From Octopus vulgaris (lineage: Eukaryota): a DNA stretch of 64,000 bases. The stretch covers positions 71,300,001-71,364,000 of the forward strand of contig OX597822.1 of the NCBI GenBank assembly GCA_951406725.2, given 5' to 3'. The position numbers were made by a program, and so were the translations under genes. The notes below the pieces were generated by a model that was not told the origin of the DNA, did no database searches, and saw only the letters and a list, made by a program, of their open reading frames with translations. Of the stretch, positions 11,907 to 24,380 are shown in pieces (the stretch's first letter is position 1; every line of letters starts with the position of its first letter).

Positions 11907-12789
11907 TATTTTTTCCACACACATATATATTTTTCTATTATTTCAAAAAGGCTTTTGGCAGTATCAATTATATAATCTCAAAATAGTCAGAAATCTAAGA
12001 GAGTGGTTGCAGGAAGAGGAATCAAAATAATTCAGTCAGTGGCAATCTTTCTGAAAAGTAGAATTTAAGTGAGGTGCTTCACTGTGCTGGCTTTGGTCAA
12101 TTACTAATTGTAATAGCTCTCAAACACATTTTCATTTATTAAAACTACTGCCACAAGCTATACCGAAGTTCCCAAACTGTTAAAGGTTATCAAATGTCAT
12201 AATAACATCATCAATGAACAAAAGGACATTTTGCAGGTAGACACATTTGCTATTTGCAGTTACTCTGACAGCATGAAGTTTAATGTATGAAATTTAATGT
12301 ATGAGGTTTCTAAGCATTTTCCTCGCAGTAAAATGCCTGGAACTTTTGATTTGGAGCTTTTAGAGCCAGCATGTACAGTAGCAAGACAAATTGGAAGTCA
12401 AAAATTAGAATGCATGCAAGACATGGGAATTATGAGTAATATTGCACCATTAGGAATATTAATTAATAAGAGGATGGCATTTAGAAGAGAACAAGAAATC
12501 GTGTTGATCCTGTGAAATATACTGAAGCCCAATCGTCAAGATTATTACTTACATCTCTGGCCTCCTTTTAGTGTTAAGCTCATTACCAAATTTGGACACA
12601 ATCCAATTGTTCTACACATGTGTATGTACACACACACACACACACACACACATGCACATGCACACATACGCACACATGATTGCTCGTAGATGAATTTCTA
12701 GAATTGAAAAGCTTTAATACTTTATTTCCTGTACTAGCTGAACTGAATGAGGAGGCTATATGCAGTAATTCATATTTGATGTGTGTGTG

Positions 12790-12822
<33 letters not shown>

Positions 12823-13447
12823 TTGTGTGTGTGTTATTAGCGGATGTGTGTGTGTGTGTGTGTGTGTGTTGTGTGTTTGTGTGTGTGTTATTAGCGGATG
12901 TTAAACGATGATGAGGATGATGATGATGATACATATATGTATATGTGTGTGTGTGGGTGAGTGTGTATGTGTGTTTTTATACAATATAGATATAATACGA
13001 GTAAGAAAATGAAGAACAAATTCACCACATCTTTATTATTAATCTCAACTGTTCTGGTGCCACTTCATTATTAAAGCCATTGCATGTAATAATTCCATGT
13101 GAAAAGTTAGACAATATGTATGGTTGATTATATATTATATAGGAGTGGTACTTCATCAGATTAGCATCAAGACATGCATTCTTACATCATCAATATCATC
13201 ATCATCATCATCTAACGTCCATTTTCATGCTGGCATAGGTTGGAGGCTTTGACAGGAGCTGGCCAGTCAGGAAGCTGCACCAGGCTCCAGCTGTCTGTTT
13301 TGGGATGGTTTCTACACCTGGATGCCCTTCCTAACACCAAACACTTTACAGAGAGTACTGAATGCTTTTTTACATGGCATTAGCACCAGTGCTTTATATG
13401 TTGCACTGATGTAGGGCTTTTCATGTAGCACTGGCACATATAATATA

Positions 13448-13648
13448 TATGAGGTTGTGCCGAAAAGTTTGCGGCTTTGGGTAAAAGAAAATACAGGAGA
13501 ATCAGTTAATCATGATTTTATCCAACATATTCCCCTCTCAGATTCACACACTATTTTTTAAGCTCTGTAAAAGAACTTGGATGGTTGGGCCACCAGCCAG
13601 GCCTTTTGCGAGACTCTTTTGGTCAGGAACTTTTCAGCACCCCTTGTG
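13448..13648. mobile_element. Mariner-type MITE / internal deletion derivative
   Basis: TIRs tatgaggttgtgccgaaaagtt / aacttttcagcaccccttgtg. Confidence 0.7.
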
Positions 13649-13746
13649 CATGCAAGTGTGTGTGTATGTATGTATGTATGTATGTATGTATGTATGTATG
13701 TATGTATGTATGTATGTATGTATGTATGTATGTGTGTGCATGCATG

Positions 13747-13787
<41 letters not shown>

Positions 13788-14900
13788 GGTGCATAAGATA
13801 TTTGAGGACAGATTTATGTTTATAAAAAAACAGATATTAATAACAGATAATAACTTAATTTATCATTATAGAACCTTCTTTTCTATAATGTGATTAAATA
13901 AAGCCACCTTCAGCTTCAACAACTGCTTCCATATGAGATCTAAATCATCTACATGCTTGAATCAAGTGGTCCTAGGTCATTTTGGACATTACTCTGACTA
14001 TTGCAGCTTTCAAAGAATATTTGGTGTTATGGTCGTGTTCATTGACCTCTCTCTCAACAACACTCCACATGTAATAGTCAATGTTAGGGATTATGTGTCA
14101 TAAAAATTTTCAGTCATCTATTCCTGGTTTAGTAGAGCCATGTGTGATAGTACAGAGTCTTACTGAAACACATATGGCCTTCCATTGCATACACTGTCTA
14201 TCCAGGGCTTAACAATTATTTCCAGGACCTCAATGTAGGCAGCAGAGTTAACTCTAAGGCCTTATGGAAAGAAGTAAAGAGGCATCACATGTCCTTCATT
14301 GCTGACAATCCCTAAAACCATGAAAGTTGCAGGAAATTTTGTATGCATAAGACTTGGAACTGCACATAACCATCTGTCATTTCTTCTGTTAACTTTTTGA
14401 TCTTTGTGGAACTTTTTTTCATTTGAGAAAAACTAAATCAAATCTTCTGCTGGATTTTTCAGTTTGTTTTTAAGTGCCTTTTAGATCTGATGTAGTGATT
14501 TTCTCTTGCTTTTTCTGACAAATTGACCTTTCCTCATCATATAAAACTTATATCAGATGTCTTCGTTGACAAAATTTCTGACTGTTCCTTCTGACACATG
14601 GAGATCTTTTACAATTGAACTCATGGACTTTCTGGGATTGTAATCAATGGTCTATTGAATTTGTTGGATAAATTCAGGTGTTCTGATTATTTAGAATGCT
14701 CTTTATGCTTTGGTATTGGTGATAAGTTTCCATCTTCAGTCTCTAGCTCTTTACAAACTTTGTAAATGAAACATCTGGCAACTTTTAAAAATCGAGATAT
14801 TTCAAAATTGCTATGCTCAGGCTTTATAACCACAAAAACAGCATGCCTCTTCATTTCTTGATTAAGCTATGGGTCTGCCATTATTATTTTCTGAAACAAA
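13788..14900 (-). mobile_element. Decayed Tc1/mariner (maT-like) transposase remnant
   Basis: Minus strand reads MHTKFPATFMVLGIVSNEGHVMPLYFFP*GLRVNSAAYIEVLEIIVKPWIDSVCNGRPY, related to 3390-4175. Confidence 0.8.
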
Positions 14901-15681
14901 CATTTACATGGGTTGGACAGTTTGACTGAGGATTGGCAAGCCATGAGGCTGTACCAGGCTCCAATCTGATCTGGCAAGGTTTCTACTGATGAATGACCTT
15001 CCTAATGTCAACCACTCCTAGAGTGTAGTGGGTGCTTTTTATGTGCCGCTGGCATCGACCATGCTTGAATGGTGCTACCAGTACAGGTGCCAGTCAAGCA
15101 GCACTGACATCAACCACGACTACAATTTTGCTTCCTTTTCTTCCTTTTCTTTTGGACTTTCCCGTCTCCTATTTCTAAAGAAGAGCATTGCTTGAAATGT
15201 AAAACCCCCTTTCTTTCCTTCCCTGAATGTCTTATTAATACTTTGCATGTACAATGCCAGCGCATTATTGTTTTTTCTTGTTGTCTTTTTCCTCCATTTT
15301 TTGATTAACTATATATATATCATCATTATCATCATCATCATCGTTTAACGTCCGTTTTCCATGCTAGCATAGGTTGGACGGTTCGACTGGAGTCTGGGAA
15401 GCCAGGAAGCTGCACCAGGCTCCAGTCTGATCTGGTAGTGTTTCTACAGCTGGATGCCCTTCCTAACACCAACTACTCTGTGAGTGTAGTGGGTGCTTTT
15501 TACGTGCCACCGGCACAGGGGCCAGAGGGGCCAGAGGAGACTGACAACATCTATGATCAGTTGGTGCTTTTTACATGCCACTGGCATGGACACAAGTCAA
15601 GGTGGCACTGGCATTGGCCATGTTCAGATGGTGTTTTTTTCATGCCACTGGCATGAGTATCCTAACTACAATTTCCATTTT

Positions 15682-16840
15682 ATTGCAATGTTATTATTGG
15701 TCCAAATATGCTTGAGGTATGTTCGAATCAGGGAACCAGCTACTCACTGTGTTTTGCCATGGAAAATATCTCCTGCTTGTTGATAAATGGTATGTATGCA
15801 ACAATATCAGCTCACAGCACTGCCTACCCAGACTGTGAGATGCAAGCATTTTGGAGTAGTTATCTCCTCTTTGGTCATGGTCACCAGGCAGGTGGCGTTG
15901 TGAGCTGATTGAAGAAACTAATTCTCTTATGCTTTTTCAATTGCTATATGGTGACTGGCAGTGCTGTGTGGCAGCTCACCATAAGTAAATTACGGAGAAG
16001 GAACGCCAAGCCGTGATAAGTAAAATTGCAATGTTATTCTTTTCTATGATAGTCACAAGGTCTGAAATTTTTTGGGAGGGGCCAAGCTATTAGATCGACT
16101 CCAGTATGCAACTGGTATGTAATTTATCTACCCTCAAAGGAAGAAAGGTAAAGTTGACCTTGGTAGAATTTGAACTCAGAACATAGAGACAGATGAAATA
16201 CTGCTAAGTATTTCACCTGGTGTGCTAATGATTCTGCCAGCTTGCCGCCTGACTTAATAATCTTTTCTACTTTAAGCACAAGGCCCAAAATTTTTGGGGA
16301 GAGACCAGTCGATTAGATTGACACCAGCATGCAATTGGTACCTAATTTATCAACCCCAAAAGGATGAAAGACAAAGTTGACCTTGGCAGAATTTGAACTC
16401 AGAACATAGAGACAGATGAAATTGCACTAAACATTTCAGCCAGCGTGCTAACGTTTCTGCCAGCTCACCGCCTTTAAATATTCTTTTCTTCTCTAGGTAC
16501 AAGGCCCAAAATTTTGGGGGAGGGTGGTAAGTCAATTACATCGACCTCAGTATGCAACTGGTACTTAATTTATTGACCCCAAAAAGATGAAAGGCAAAGT
16601 CGACCTCAGCGAAATTTGAACTCAGAATGTAAAGACAGATGAAATACTGCTAAGCGTGCTAACATTTCTGCCAGCTCACAGCCTTAAAATTGCAATGTTA
16701 TTATCAGTCCGAATAAACTACTCCAAAATGCTTGCATCTCACTGTCTGTGTAGACAGTGCTGTGAGCTGATAGAAGTATATATACACCCTTTGTCAACAA
16801 GCAAGATATATTTTCCGTGATAAAACACAGTGAGTAGCTG
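15682..16840. mobile_element. Fold-back element with inverted arms of about 125 bp (15737-15862 / 16716-16840), interrupted by a SINE trimer
   Basis: cagctactcactgtgttt...atgcaagcattttggagtagtt vs aactactccaaaatgcttgcat...aaacacagtgagtagctg. Confidence 0.7.
16039..16685 (-). mobile_element. Three head-to-tail SINE family B copies inside one TSD
   Basis: TSD aaaattgcaatgttatt at 16022-16038 and 16686-16702. Confidence 0.85.
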
Positions 16841-16872
16841 ATAATAGCATAGCAATTTTACTAATCACTGCA

Positions 16873-16912
<40 letters not shown>

Positions 16913-17472
16913 CATGCTTGCTTGTGTGTGTATTTGTATGTGTTTGTATCCATGTGCATGCCTATGTTTGTGGGAGTGATTTCATATTTTCTCCTTGACT
17001 TTACATCTGAGTGTTTGTTGACTATACACAAAACAGCGACCTTACTATCAATACAGGCTGGTCTCGTGCAAGCAGTCGACAGTGAAAACATGTACTGGCT
17101 TCTTAGCTATGTCATTACAAGTTGTGTGACCTCTGTAAGCAAAACAGGCCTCAAACCTCTGACCATGTCTGGGCTGTTTCATTGTTTGATAGGTTTAAAA
17201 GATTATTACCACATTCAGAAACAGGTGAAGGGTGGTGACAGGAAAGGCATCCAGCCTTAGAAAATTTGCCCCAACCGATTCCATTTGGCCCAGGCAAATA
17301 TAAAAAAGTGGATGGTACAATGATGATGCTGATAGTGATGATGATGTTGATGACGGTGTTGGTGGTGGTGGTGATGATGATAGCATCAATAATAATGTTT
17401 CTGTGTGTGTGTGTGCATGTGCATGCGCTTGTACACACACACACACGCACACATATATATATATATATATAT

Positions 17473-17616
17473 TTAAGAAATATTGAGTTTCTAAATCTCT
17501 CGTAGAGAGGTGTACGGTGGTGGAGCGATATAATGGTTGTATACTGTCAATCTAACAAGAACGTGTACCCCCTACTGTCACGTTCTTGTTAGATTGACAG
17601 TATACAACCATTATAT
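17473..17616. repeat. Short insertion in (TA)n ending in a perfect 38-bp hairpin
   Basis: 17528-17565 is the exact reverse complement of 17579-17616, with a 13-nt loop. Confidence 0.9.
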
Positions 17617-17995
17617 ATATATATATTGCAGCATAACCAGCCCATTTAAGAGTACTCCTCAATTATTGGACAATAAACTGTGCTTGCAAAAACCTTTTGA
17701 GTCGAGTGAAGTCATTATTGTGGCCGATGCCAGTACCGCCATGTTGGTAGCATGTAAAAAGCACCATTTGAGCTGGTTGATGCCAGTGCTGCCTGACTGG
17801 CTCCCACTCCTGTGGCACGTAAAAAGCACCATTCCAGCGTAGTTGATGCCAGTACCACCTGACTGGCCCTCATGCCGGTGGCATTTAAGTAGCATTCACT
17901 ACACTCTCGGAGTGGTTGGCATTAGGAAGGGCATCCAGCTGTAGAAACTTTTGCCAGATCAGAATGGAGCCTGGTGCAGCCTCCTGGTTATAGCT

Positions 17996-18318
17996 GAGAC
18001 GGAAAGAAAGAATTAAAGTGAAGCATAAAGGTTAATAGTTCAACTTTCTATAACTTAGGAAAGTTGAACTATGAACTTTTATGCTTCTTTTTTCTTCTCT
18101 CTTTCCATCTCCTTATTCTTTTACACCCTTCCTCTATGTCATCATCTCATTAACATATACCATTCTCATTTTCCGTATTTCTCTTTGATGATGGAATATC
18201 CCATACTCGAGGATATCCCAGAAACAACTGTAAAATTTTGAATTTCTTCCTATAATAATAATGTATACAACTTGAGATGCTTGCCTTACCTTAATGTTTG
18301 CTGTCCTGTTTAACAATT
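17996..18318 (+). mobile_element. Decayed PLE-like fragment: 5' fold-back (17996-18111) plus decayed hammerhead (18182-18235), ending at (TA)n
   Basis: TTGATGA-TGGAATATCC...GGATATCCCA-GAAAC-AACT-GTA; hairpin gaagcataaaggttaatagttcaacttt / aaagttgaactatgaacttttatgcttc. Confidence 0.65.
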
Positions 18319-18327
18319 ATATATATA

Positions 18328-18449
18328 TCACCGTGATCACCGTGACCGACCAGGCTATCAGATGCTGCTACACATCGCTGGTCACAATGGGCTTCACATT
18401 GTTTTAGTCTTCAAATGACGCCACCCCGCTGGCTAAGCGAACAGGCCAA
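18328..18449 (-). mobile_element. Isolated 3' tail of the OR-like SINE, in (TA)n
   Basis: Matches 3019-3130 (caccgtgaccgaccaggctatcagatg...gctggctaagcg). Confidence 0.85.
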
Positions 18450-18730
18450 TATATATATATATGTATATATATATCATAATCATCATCATCATCATCGTTT
18501 AACGTCCGTTTTCCGTGCTAGCATGGTTGGATGGTTCGATCGGGATCTGGGAAGCCAGGAGGCTGCACCAGGCTCCAGTCTGACCTGGGAGTGTTTCTAC
18601 AGCTGGATGCCCTTCCTAACGCCAACCACTCCGTGAGTGTAGTGGGTGTTTTTTACATGCCACCGGCACATGTATCGCAACTACTATTTCCATTTGATAT
18701 TTATTTCGATGTTTATGTACTTGACTCAAT

Positions 18731-18764
<34 letters not shown>

Positions 18765-18972
18765 GAGCACACACATACATATATGTATATAACATATATC
18801 ATTGTTTATTTACATTATCTACGTTTGACAGATATTTGTCTTCATCTTGTTTGTTGTTAATACATTTTGGTTTCATGGGGGAAATTTTCAAACCTGGGTT
18901 CTCATTCCTAAGGTATTTTTCGATGTTGTTGTTGTTGTTGTTGTTGTTGTTATTATTGTTATTATTATTATT

Positions 18973-19532
18973 GAGTGAGAGAGCAGTTCATGCCATCAAA
19001 GTGACACTGGGGTAAAATATACGAAGCCCAATATACCCATCATGACTACCCGTCTGATAAAGGTACACCAGGCACATGCATCACAACCATATGTGCGCGA
19101 CATGGTGATCTCATATCAAGATAAACAGCACATGACCTTGCAGGTGGGGCCCAGTTAGAATTTTCTTCAGGTTGAGTAGCCCATCCTGCTCAAACGGTCC
19201 CTGAATAAGGGTTGTTTAAGGATGTTGAAAGAACCACCCATGTTTCCAGAGGTGAACTATTCAAACCCCAAAGAATCCCTCTCAACACATGGCTATGATG
19301 CTCCCCCACTACTTCTGCTCGTGATCAGAGATGCACATATTGTCAGCCACTAAGGGACATGCTCAACTGGTTAAGGTCAAACATCTGACAAGCAAATCTG
19401 TGGTATTGAGCAGAATATTTACTGTAGTCCATCTCTTATACCAAGACAAAACAATGTACATGATAACACTTCCAATCAGTTAAGATCAGAAGCCATGAGA
19501 GCCACTGCCTGGTACTGCATCAGGGCATTTAT
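18973..19532 (-). mobile_element. Non-coding element of about 560 bp inserted into (TAA)n; orientation inferred
   Basis: (TTA)n directly on both sides; higher GC than the flanks; no ORF. Confidence 0.7.
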
Positions 19533-20144
19533 GGTACTGCATCAGGGCATTGGTACTGCATCAGGGCATTGGTACTGCATCAGGGCATTTATGTACTGCA
19601 TCAGGGCATTGGTACTGCATCAGGGCATTGGTACTGCATCAGGGCATTTATACTGCATCAGGGCATTGGTACTGCATCAGGGCATTGGTACTGCATCAGG
19701 GCATTGGTACTGCATCAGGGCATTGGTACTGCATCAGGGCATTTATGTACTGCATCAGGGCATTGGTACTGCATCAGGGCATTTATACTGCATCAGGGCA
19801 TTGGTACTGCATCGGGGCATTGGTACTGCATCAGGGCATTTATACTGCATCAGGGCATTGGTACTGCATCAGGGCATTGGTACTGCATCAGGGCATTGGT
19901 ACTGCATCAGGGCATTGGTACTGCATCAGGGCATTTATACTGCATCAGGGCATTGGTACTGCATCAGGGCATTTATACTGCATCAGGGCATTGGTACTGC
20001 ATCAGGGCATTGGTACTGCATCAGGGCATTTATACTGCATCAGGGCATTTATACTGCATCAGGGCATTGGTACTGCATCAGGGCATTGGTACTGCATCAG
20101 GGCATTGGTACTGCATCAGGGCATTGGTACTGCATCAGGGCATT
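19511..20144. repeat. 33-copy tandem array of the element terminus (core tactgcatcagggcatt)
   Basis: Counted 33 cores; junctions gg x22, ta x7, tatg x2, tatgg x1; one substitution near 19814. Confidence 0.95.
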
Positions 20145-20432
<288 letters not shown>

Positions 20433-20620
20433 TGGTCACTGCCTGGGATTGAACTCAGAGTCTTGGAGTTAGTAGCCCATACTCTTAATCACTATGCCAT
20501 ATGTATATATATATGTCATTGTTCTTATGCAAAAGTGTCATAAGTCTATATATATATATAACACACACACCCACATATACATATATATATATATATAACA
20601 CACATATAAATATATAGATT

Positions 20621-20654
<34 letters not shown>

Positions 20655-20666
20655 TTCTCTCACACC

Positions 20667-20697
<31 letters not shown>

Positions 20698-21428
20698 CTA
20701 TATATAAATACTCTTATAAACATTGCAGTAGGGGTTAATTTTCATAGGAGTTTTAAAAATAATCAATAAATTAAATTTAGCTGAAGTATGGGATGGTTTA
20801 CTAATAATACATTGACAAGAACCAAAGGCATGAATTTCATACATTCATAAGTGAAATTTTATTGCTATTTCAGCTGTGTGTAGCAGAATCTATACACAAT
20901 GGACAAGAAGTTGTAGAATTAAACGAACGCCTATGCAACCTGTGGCCAAATTCTGCACATAAATCTCTTTTGCTCTTTCTCACCATATATATATATATAT
21001 ATACATATATACACACACCCCACTCACACAAATACACATACATGTAAATACACAGATGTTCACACACATGTGTATATAAAAATAAATATATATATATCAT
21101 CATCCTTAGCGGTTCGGCAAAAGAAACCGATAGAATAAGTACTGGGCTTACAAAGAATAAGTCCTGGGGTCGATTTGCTCGATTAAAGGTGGTGCTCCAG
21201 CATGGCTGCAGTCAAATGACTGAAACAAGTAAAAGAGTAAAAGAGTAAAAGAGTATCATCGTTTAACGTCCGCTTTCTATGCTAGCATGGGTTGGACGAT
21301 TTGACTGAGGACTGGTGAACCAGATGGCTGCACCAGGCTCCAATCTGATCTGGCAGAGTTTCTACAGCTGGATGCCCTTCTTAACGCTAACCACTCCGAG
21401 AGTGTAGTGAGTGCTTTTATATATATAT

Positions 21429-21520
21429 AAAAATTTTTTTTTGTAATGAGATAAAAAAAAACCAAGGCAGTTTAGATTTTTGCCTTGGTTTTTTATCTCA
21501 TTACGGAAAAAAAATTTTTT
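21429..21520. repeat. Hairpin in TA-rich context
   Basis: gtaatgagataaaaaaaaaccaaggca (21443-21469) vs tgccttggttttttatctcattac (21481-21504). Confidence 0.8.
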
Positions 21521-21818
21521 TTGTATATACACATGCTGATATATGACCTAAGTTGGACCCCTTATTCACATAATCACCGAACCTGGAACTTAACTATGGT
21601 CTATCCATAGCACTTATTCAGCATTACCTGACACCTTTAGGTCTTACTGACACCATTACCTCTTATAACAGAATCGGGTGAAGCCTGGAAACAGGAAGGA
21701 CATCCAGCTGTAGAAAATCTGCCGCAATAAACTCCATCCATTCCATGCAAGCATGAAGGAGTGGACACTAAAGTTAGAATGACAAAGATGATGATGACAG
21801 TTATGATAATGGTGGTGG

Positions 21819-21851
<33 letters not shown>

Positions 21852-21862
21852 CAATAACAACG

Positions 21863-21914
<52 letters not shown>

Positions 21915-21915
<1 letters not shown>

Positions 21916-22711
21916 TGTGTACAGTGCTCAGGTGCACTACAACTCATCTAAAGTGTATATATAATCAGGTGTAGTTTCGGCGGATTTCGGAAAGCATGAG
22001 GGCCTTAAAGGATGCAGTGTCATGGCAGTCAACAACTGATGCAGGCAGTTTATTCCATGCTTCAGCAACTCTGAGCGTGAAAAAATGTTTCCGAAAGTCA
22101 TGGGAGCTGTGTTGTTTTCTGACTTTGTAGGCATGTCCACGTGTGTTAGACACATGGAGATCAAAAAGGTGTTCAGTGTTGTTGTTGGTGAGGTGGTTGA
22201 TAACTTTGTGGGTTTTTACCAAGTCCGTCGCCAGACGCCGGAGCTTCAGTGAATCCATGCCCAGGGAAACAAGGCGCTCAGAATATGGTAGGTGTCTGAT
22301 GGAGGGTATGCGTTTGGTTGCACGTCTCTGGACAGATTCCAGGAGGTCAATGTTCTGAGCAAGATAGGGGTTCCAAACTGATGATGCGAATTCCAAGTGT
22401 GGTCGTACCATAGCTGTATACAGTTTTAAATAGATGGCTGGAGAGCGGCTAACAAAATTCTTGCTGAGTGATGCCAAGACACCCTCGGCCTTCTTGACAA
22501 TTTTAGAGATATGCTTTGTCCAACACAAATCACTGCTGACAGTGATGCCTAGGTCACGATCGCAAGAGGATTTCTTGATATCAGTGTTGTGGAGGGTGTA
22601 TGTGGACGCAGGGTTTTTTCTCCCAAAATGCATGGTGGTACACTTGTCCACAGCCAGTTTCAGTTGCCAGTCTGTGATCCATTGCTGCATTGTGTCTAGG
22701 TCTGATTGCAG
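21915..22711 (-). mobile_element. 5'-truncated CR1/L2-group LINE with (ATT)n tail, inserted into a (GAT)n tract
   Basis: RT C-terminal ORF, short 3' UTR with GTGC-ACCTGA-GCAC stem-loop, tail is plus-strand (AAT)n at 21863-21915. Confidence 0.9.
21965..22690 (-). CDS. CR1/L2-type reverse transcriptase C-terminal fragment (241 aa uninterrupted; truncated TE ORF)
   Basis: W...W.LKL...KC, RDLGI, LY...VRPHLEFASSVWNP, LESVQRRATK, Y.ERL..L...SL..RR, TRGH..K, FFT.RV...WN.LP..VV motifs. Confidence 0.9.
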   Translation of the reverse strand: MQQWITDWQLKLAVDKCTTMHFGRKNPASTYTLHNTDIKKSSCDRDLGITVSSDLCWTKHISKIVKKAEGVLASLSKNFVSRSPAIYLKLYTAMVRPHLEFASSVWNPYLAQNIDLLESVQRRATKRIPSIRHLPYSERLVSLGMDSLKLRRLATDLVKTHKVINHLTNNNTEHLFDLHVSNTRGHAYKVRKQHSSHDFRKHFFTLRVAEAWNKLPASVVDCHDTASFKALMLSEIRRNYT

Positions 22712-22886
22712 GATGGTGAGGACAATGATGATGATGATGACAAGGACAACAACAATGTTGATGATGATGATGATGATGAAGAGGAGGACGATTGTAATGA
22801 TGATGATGATGATGATGATGATGACAACATCAATGATAATGACAATGATGACGACGACAATGACAATACATACATAAATATATATA

Positions 22887-22917
<31 letters not shown>

Positions 22918-23334
22918 CTGTGTGTGTATATATATGTATGATTTCTGTGGTTATCTTAATCTGAAGATTATGCAGACTTATTAGATAGACATATTAATGG
23001 GATGGATGTGAAATGATTATTATTATTATTATTATTTTTTCTTTTTTCTTTTTTTTTCTCTTTTGTAAATTTTACAGATTTACCTGATTGAATGCTGACT
23101 GTATTTATTTTCTCCTTCTTCAATCTAAATTCAAAATTAGGATAGATTCAATAAGCAAGCTAGCAGACATTTAATGATTTTAACAGTCTTTAAATATACC
23201 ATTTCACTAAAAATTTCTGGCTCTTTTGCTAACATGAGAATAACCATGCATTTTAAAAGCTGGTTCCAGTTTCCAATTAACCCTTTTGTTACCAAATTTC
23301 AGTTTTAACATTTCATCTTTTCTTTTATGTTTTA

Positions 23335-23615
23335 CTAGCAGTATCGCCCGGCGTTGCTCGAGTTTGTAAGGGAAATAACTATATAAGCATTTTTAGAGAG
23401 TTACTTCCTTTATAGATGCCAATTCGGGTTTTCTTAGCCATTTCTGTTTTGGTGTCTTCAAGCCATGAAGTCGTTGTTCTAAAAGAACGCTGGTCTCCTT
23501 GACAACGCATTACGACGTTGATTTCCTTAAACTCCCTTCCCCACAGCTTCACGAGGGAGGGAAGAAGGGGGAGAAGCAAACACAGGTGCAGGTGTTTGAG
23601 CGTGGACGCCAACTC
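23335..23615 (-). mobile_element. Non-autonomous Helitron, 3' end
   Basis: Minus strand CTCGAGCAACGCCGGG hairpin followed by CGATACTG-CTAG-t; 5' end not defined. Confidence 0.7.
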
Positions 23616-24313
23616 GACTGAGTGTGAGTTGGATAGGATTCAATCAATGGATTGCAGCCAAGCTGGAGCACCATTTTAAATGATCCCTTCAAGGAACCTT
23701 TAGTCTAATAAATTGATCTCAGTACTTATTAAAAAAAAAATTCTGCTACTCATTCAATCAGTCTCTTTGACCAAACTGATTAGTTATAGGAATATAAACA
23801 AACCAACACAAGTTTTCAAAAGGTGGTGTGAGGAGCAAGCACAAACACAAAGACATACAGACACACATACACATTCTCACTTGCACTTATATATGATGGG
23901 CTTCCATACAGTTTCCATCTACCAAATTCACTCACAAGGCATTGGAAAGCTTGGAGCTATAATAACAGACACTTGCCTAAAGTGCCATGCAGTGGGACTG
24001 AACTCAAACTACCTGGCCTCAAAGTAAGCTTTTTTCCCACACAGCCATGCCTGTACCTATTAAAGAATTTAATAAGATAACTTCGATATTATTAAGCTTG
24101 GGAAGGCAATCAGCTGGTAGCATCGTGACTGTGCCAGGGAAAATGCTTAATGGCATTTCTTCCAACTTCATGTTCTGAGTTCAAATTCCACCAAAGTTGA
24201 CTTTACCTTTCATTCTTTCATAGTTGAAAAAATGAGTACCAGTTGTAAACTGGGGTCAATGTAACCAACTTACCCCCTCTTCAAAATTGCTGACCTTATA
24301 CTAAAATTTGAAA

Positions 24314-24380
<67 letters not shown>

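Noticed and set aside
19511-20144. CRISPR-like array
   Set aside because: No unique spacers, no cas genes, eukaryotic context
20862-21047. Exon-like ORF after a tttcag acceptor
   Set aside because: No donor site, runs into microsatellite, no recognisable domain
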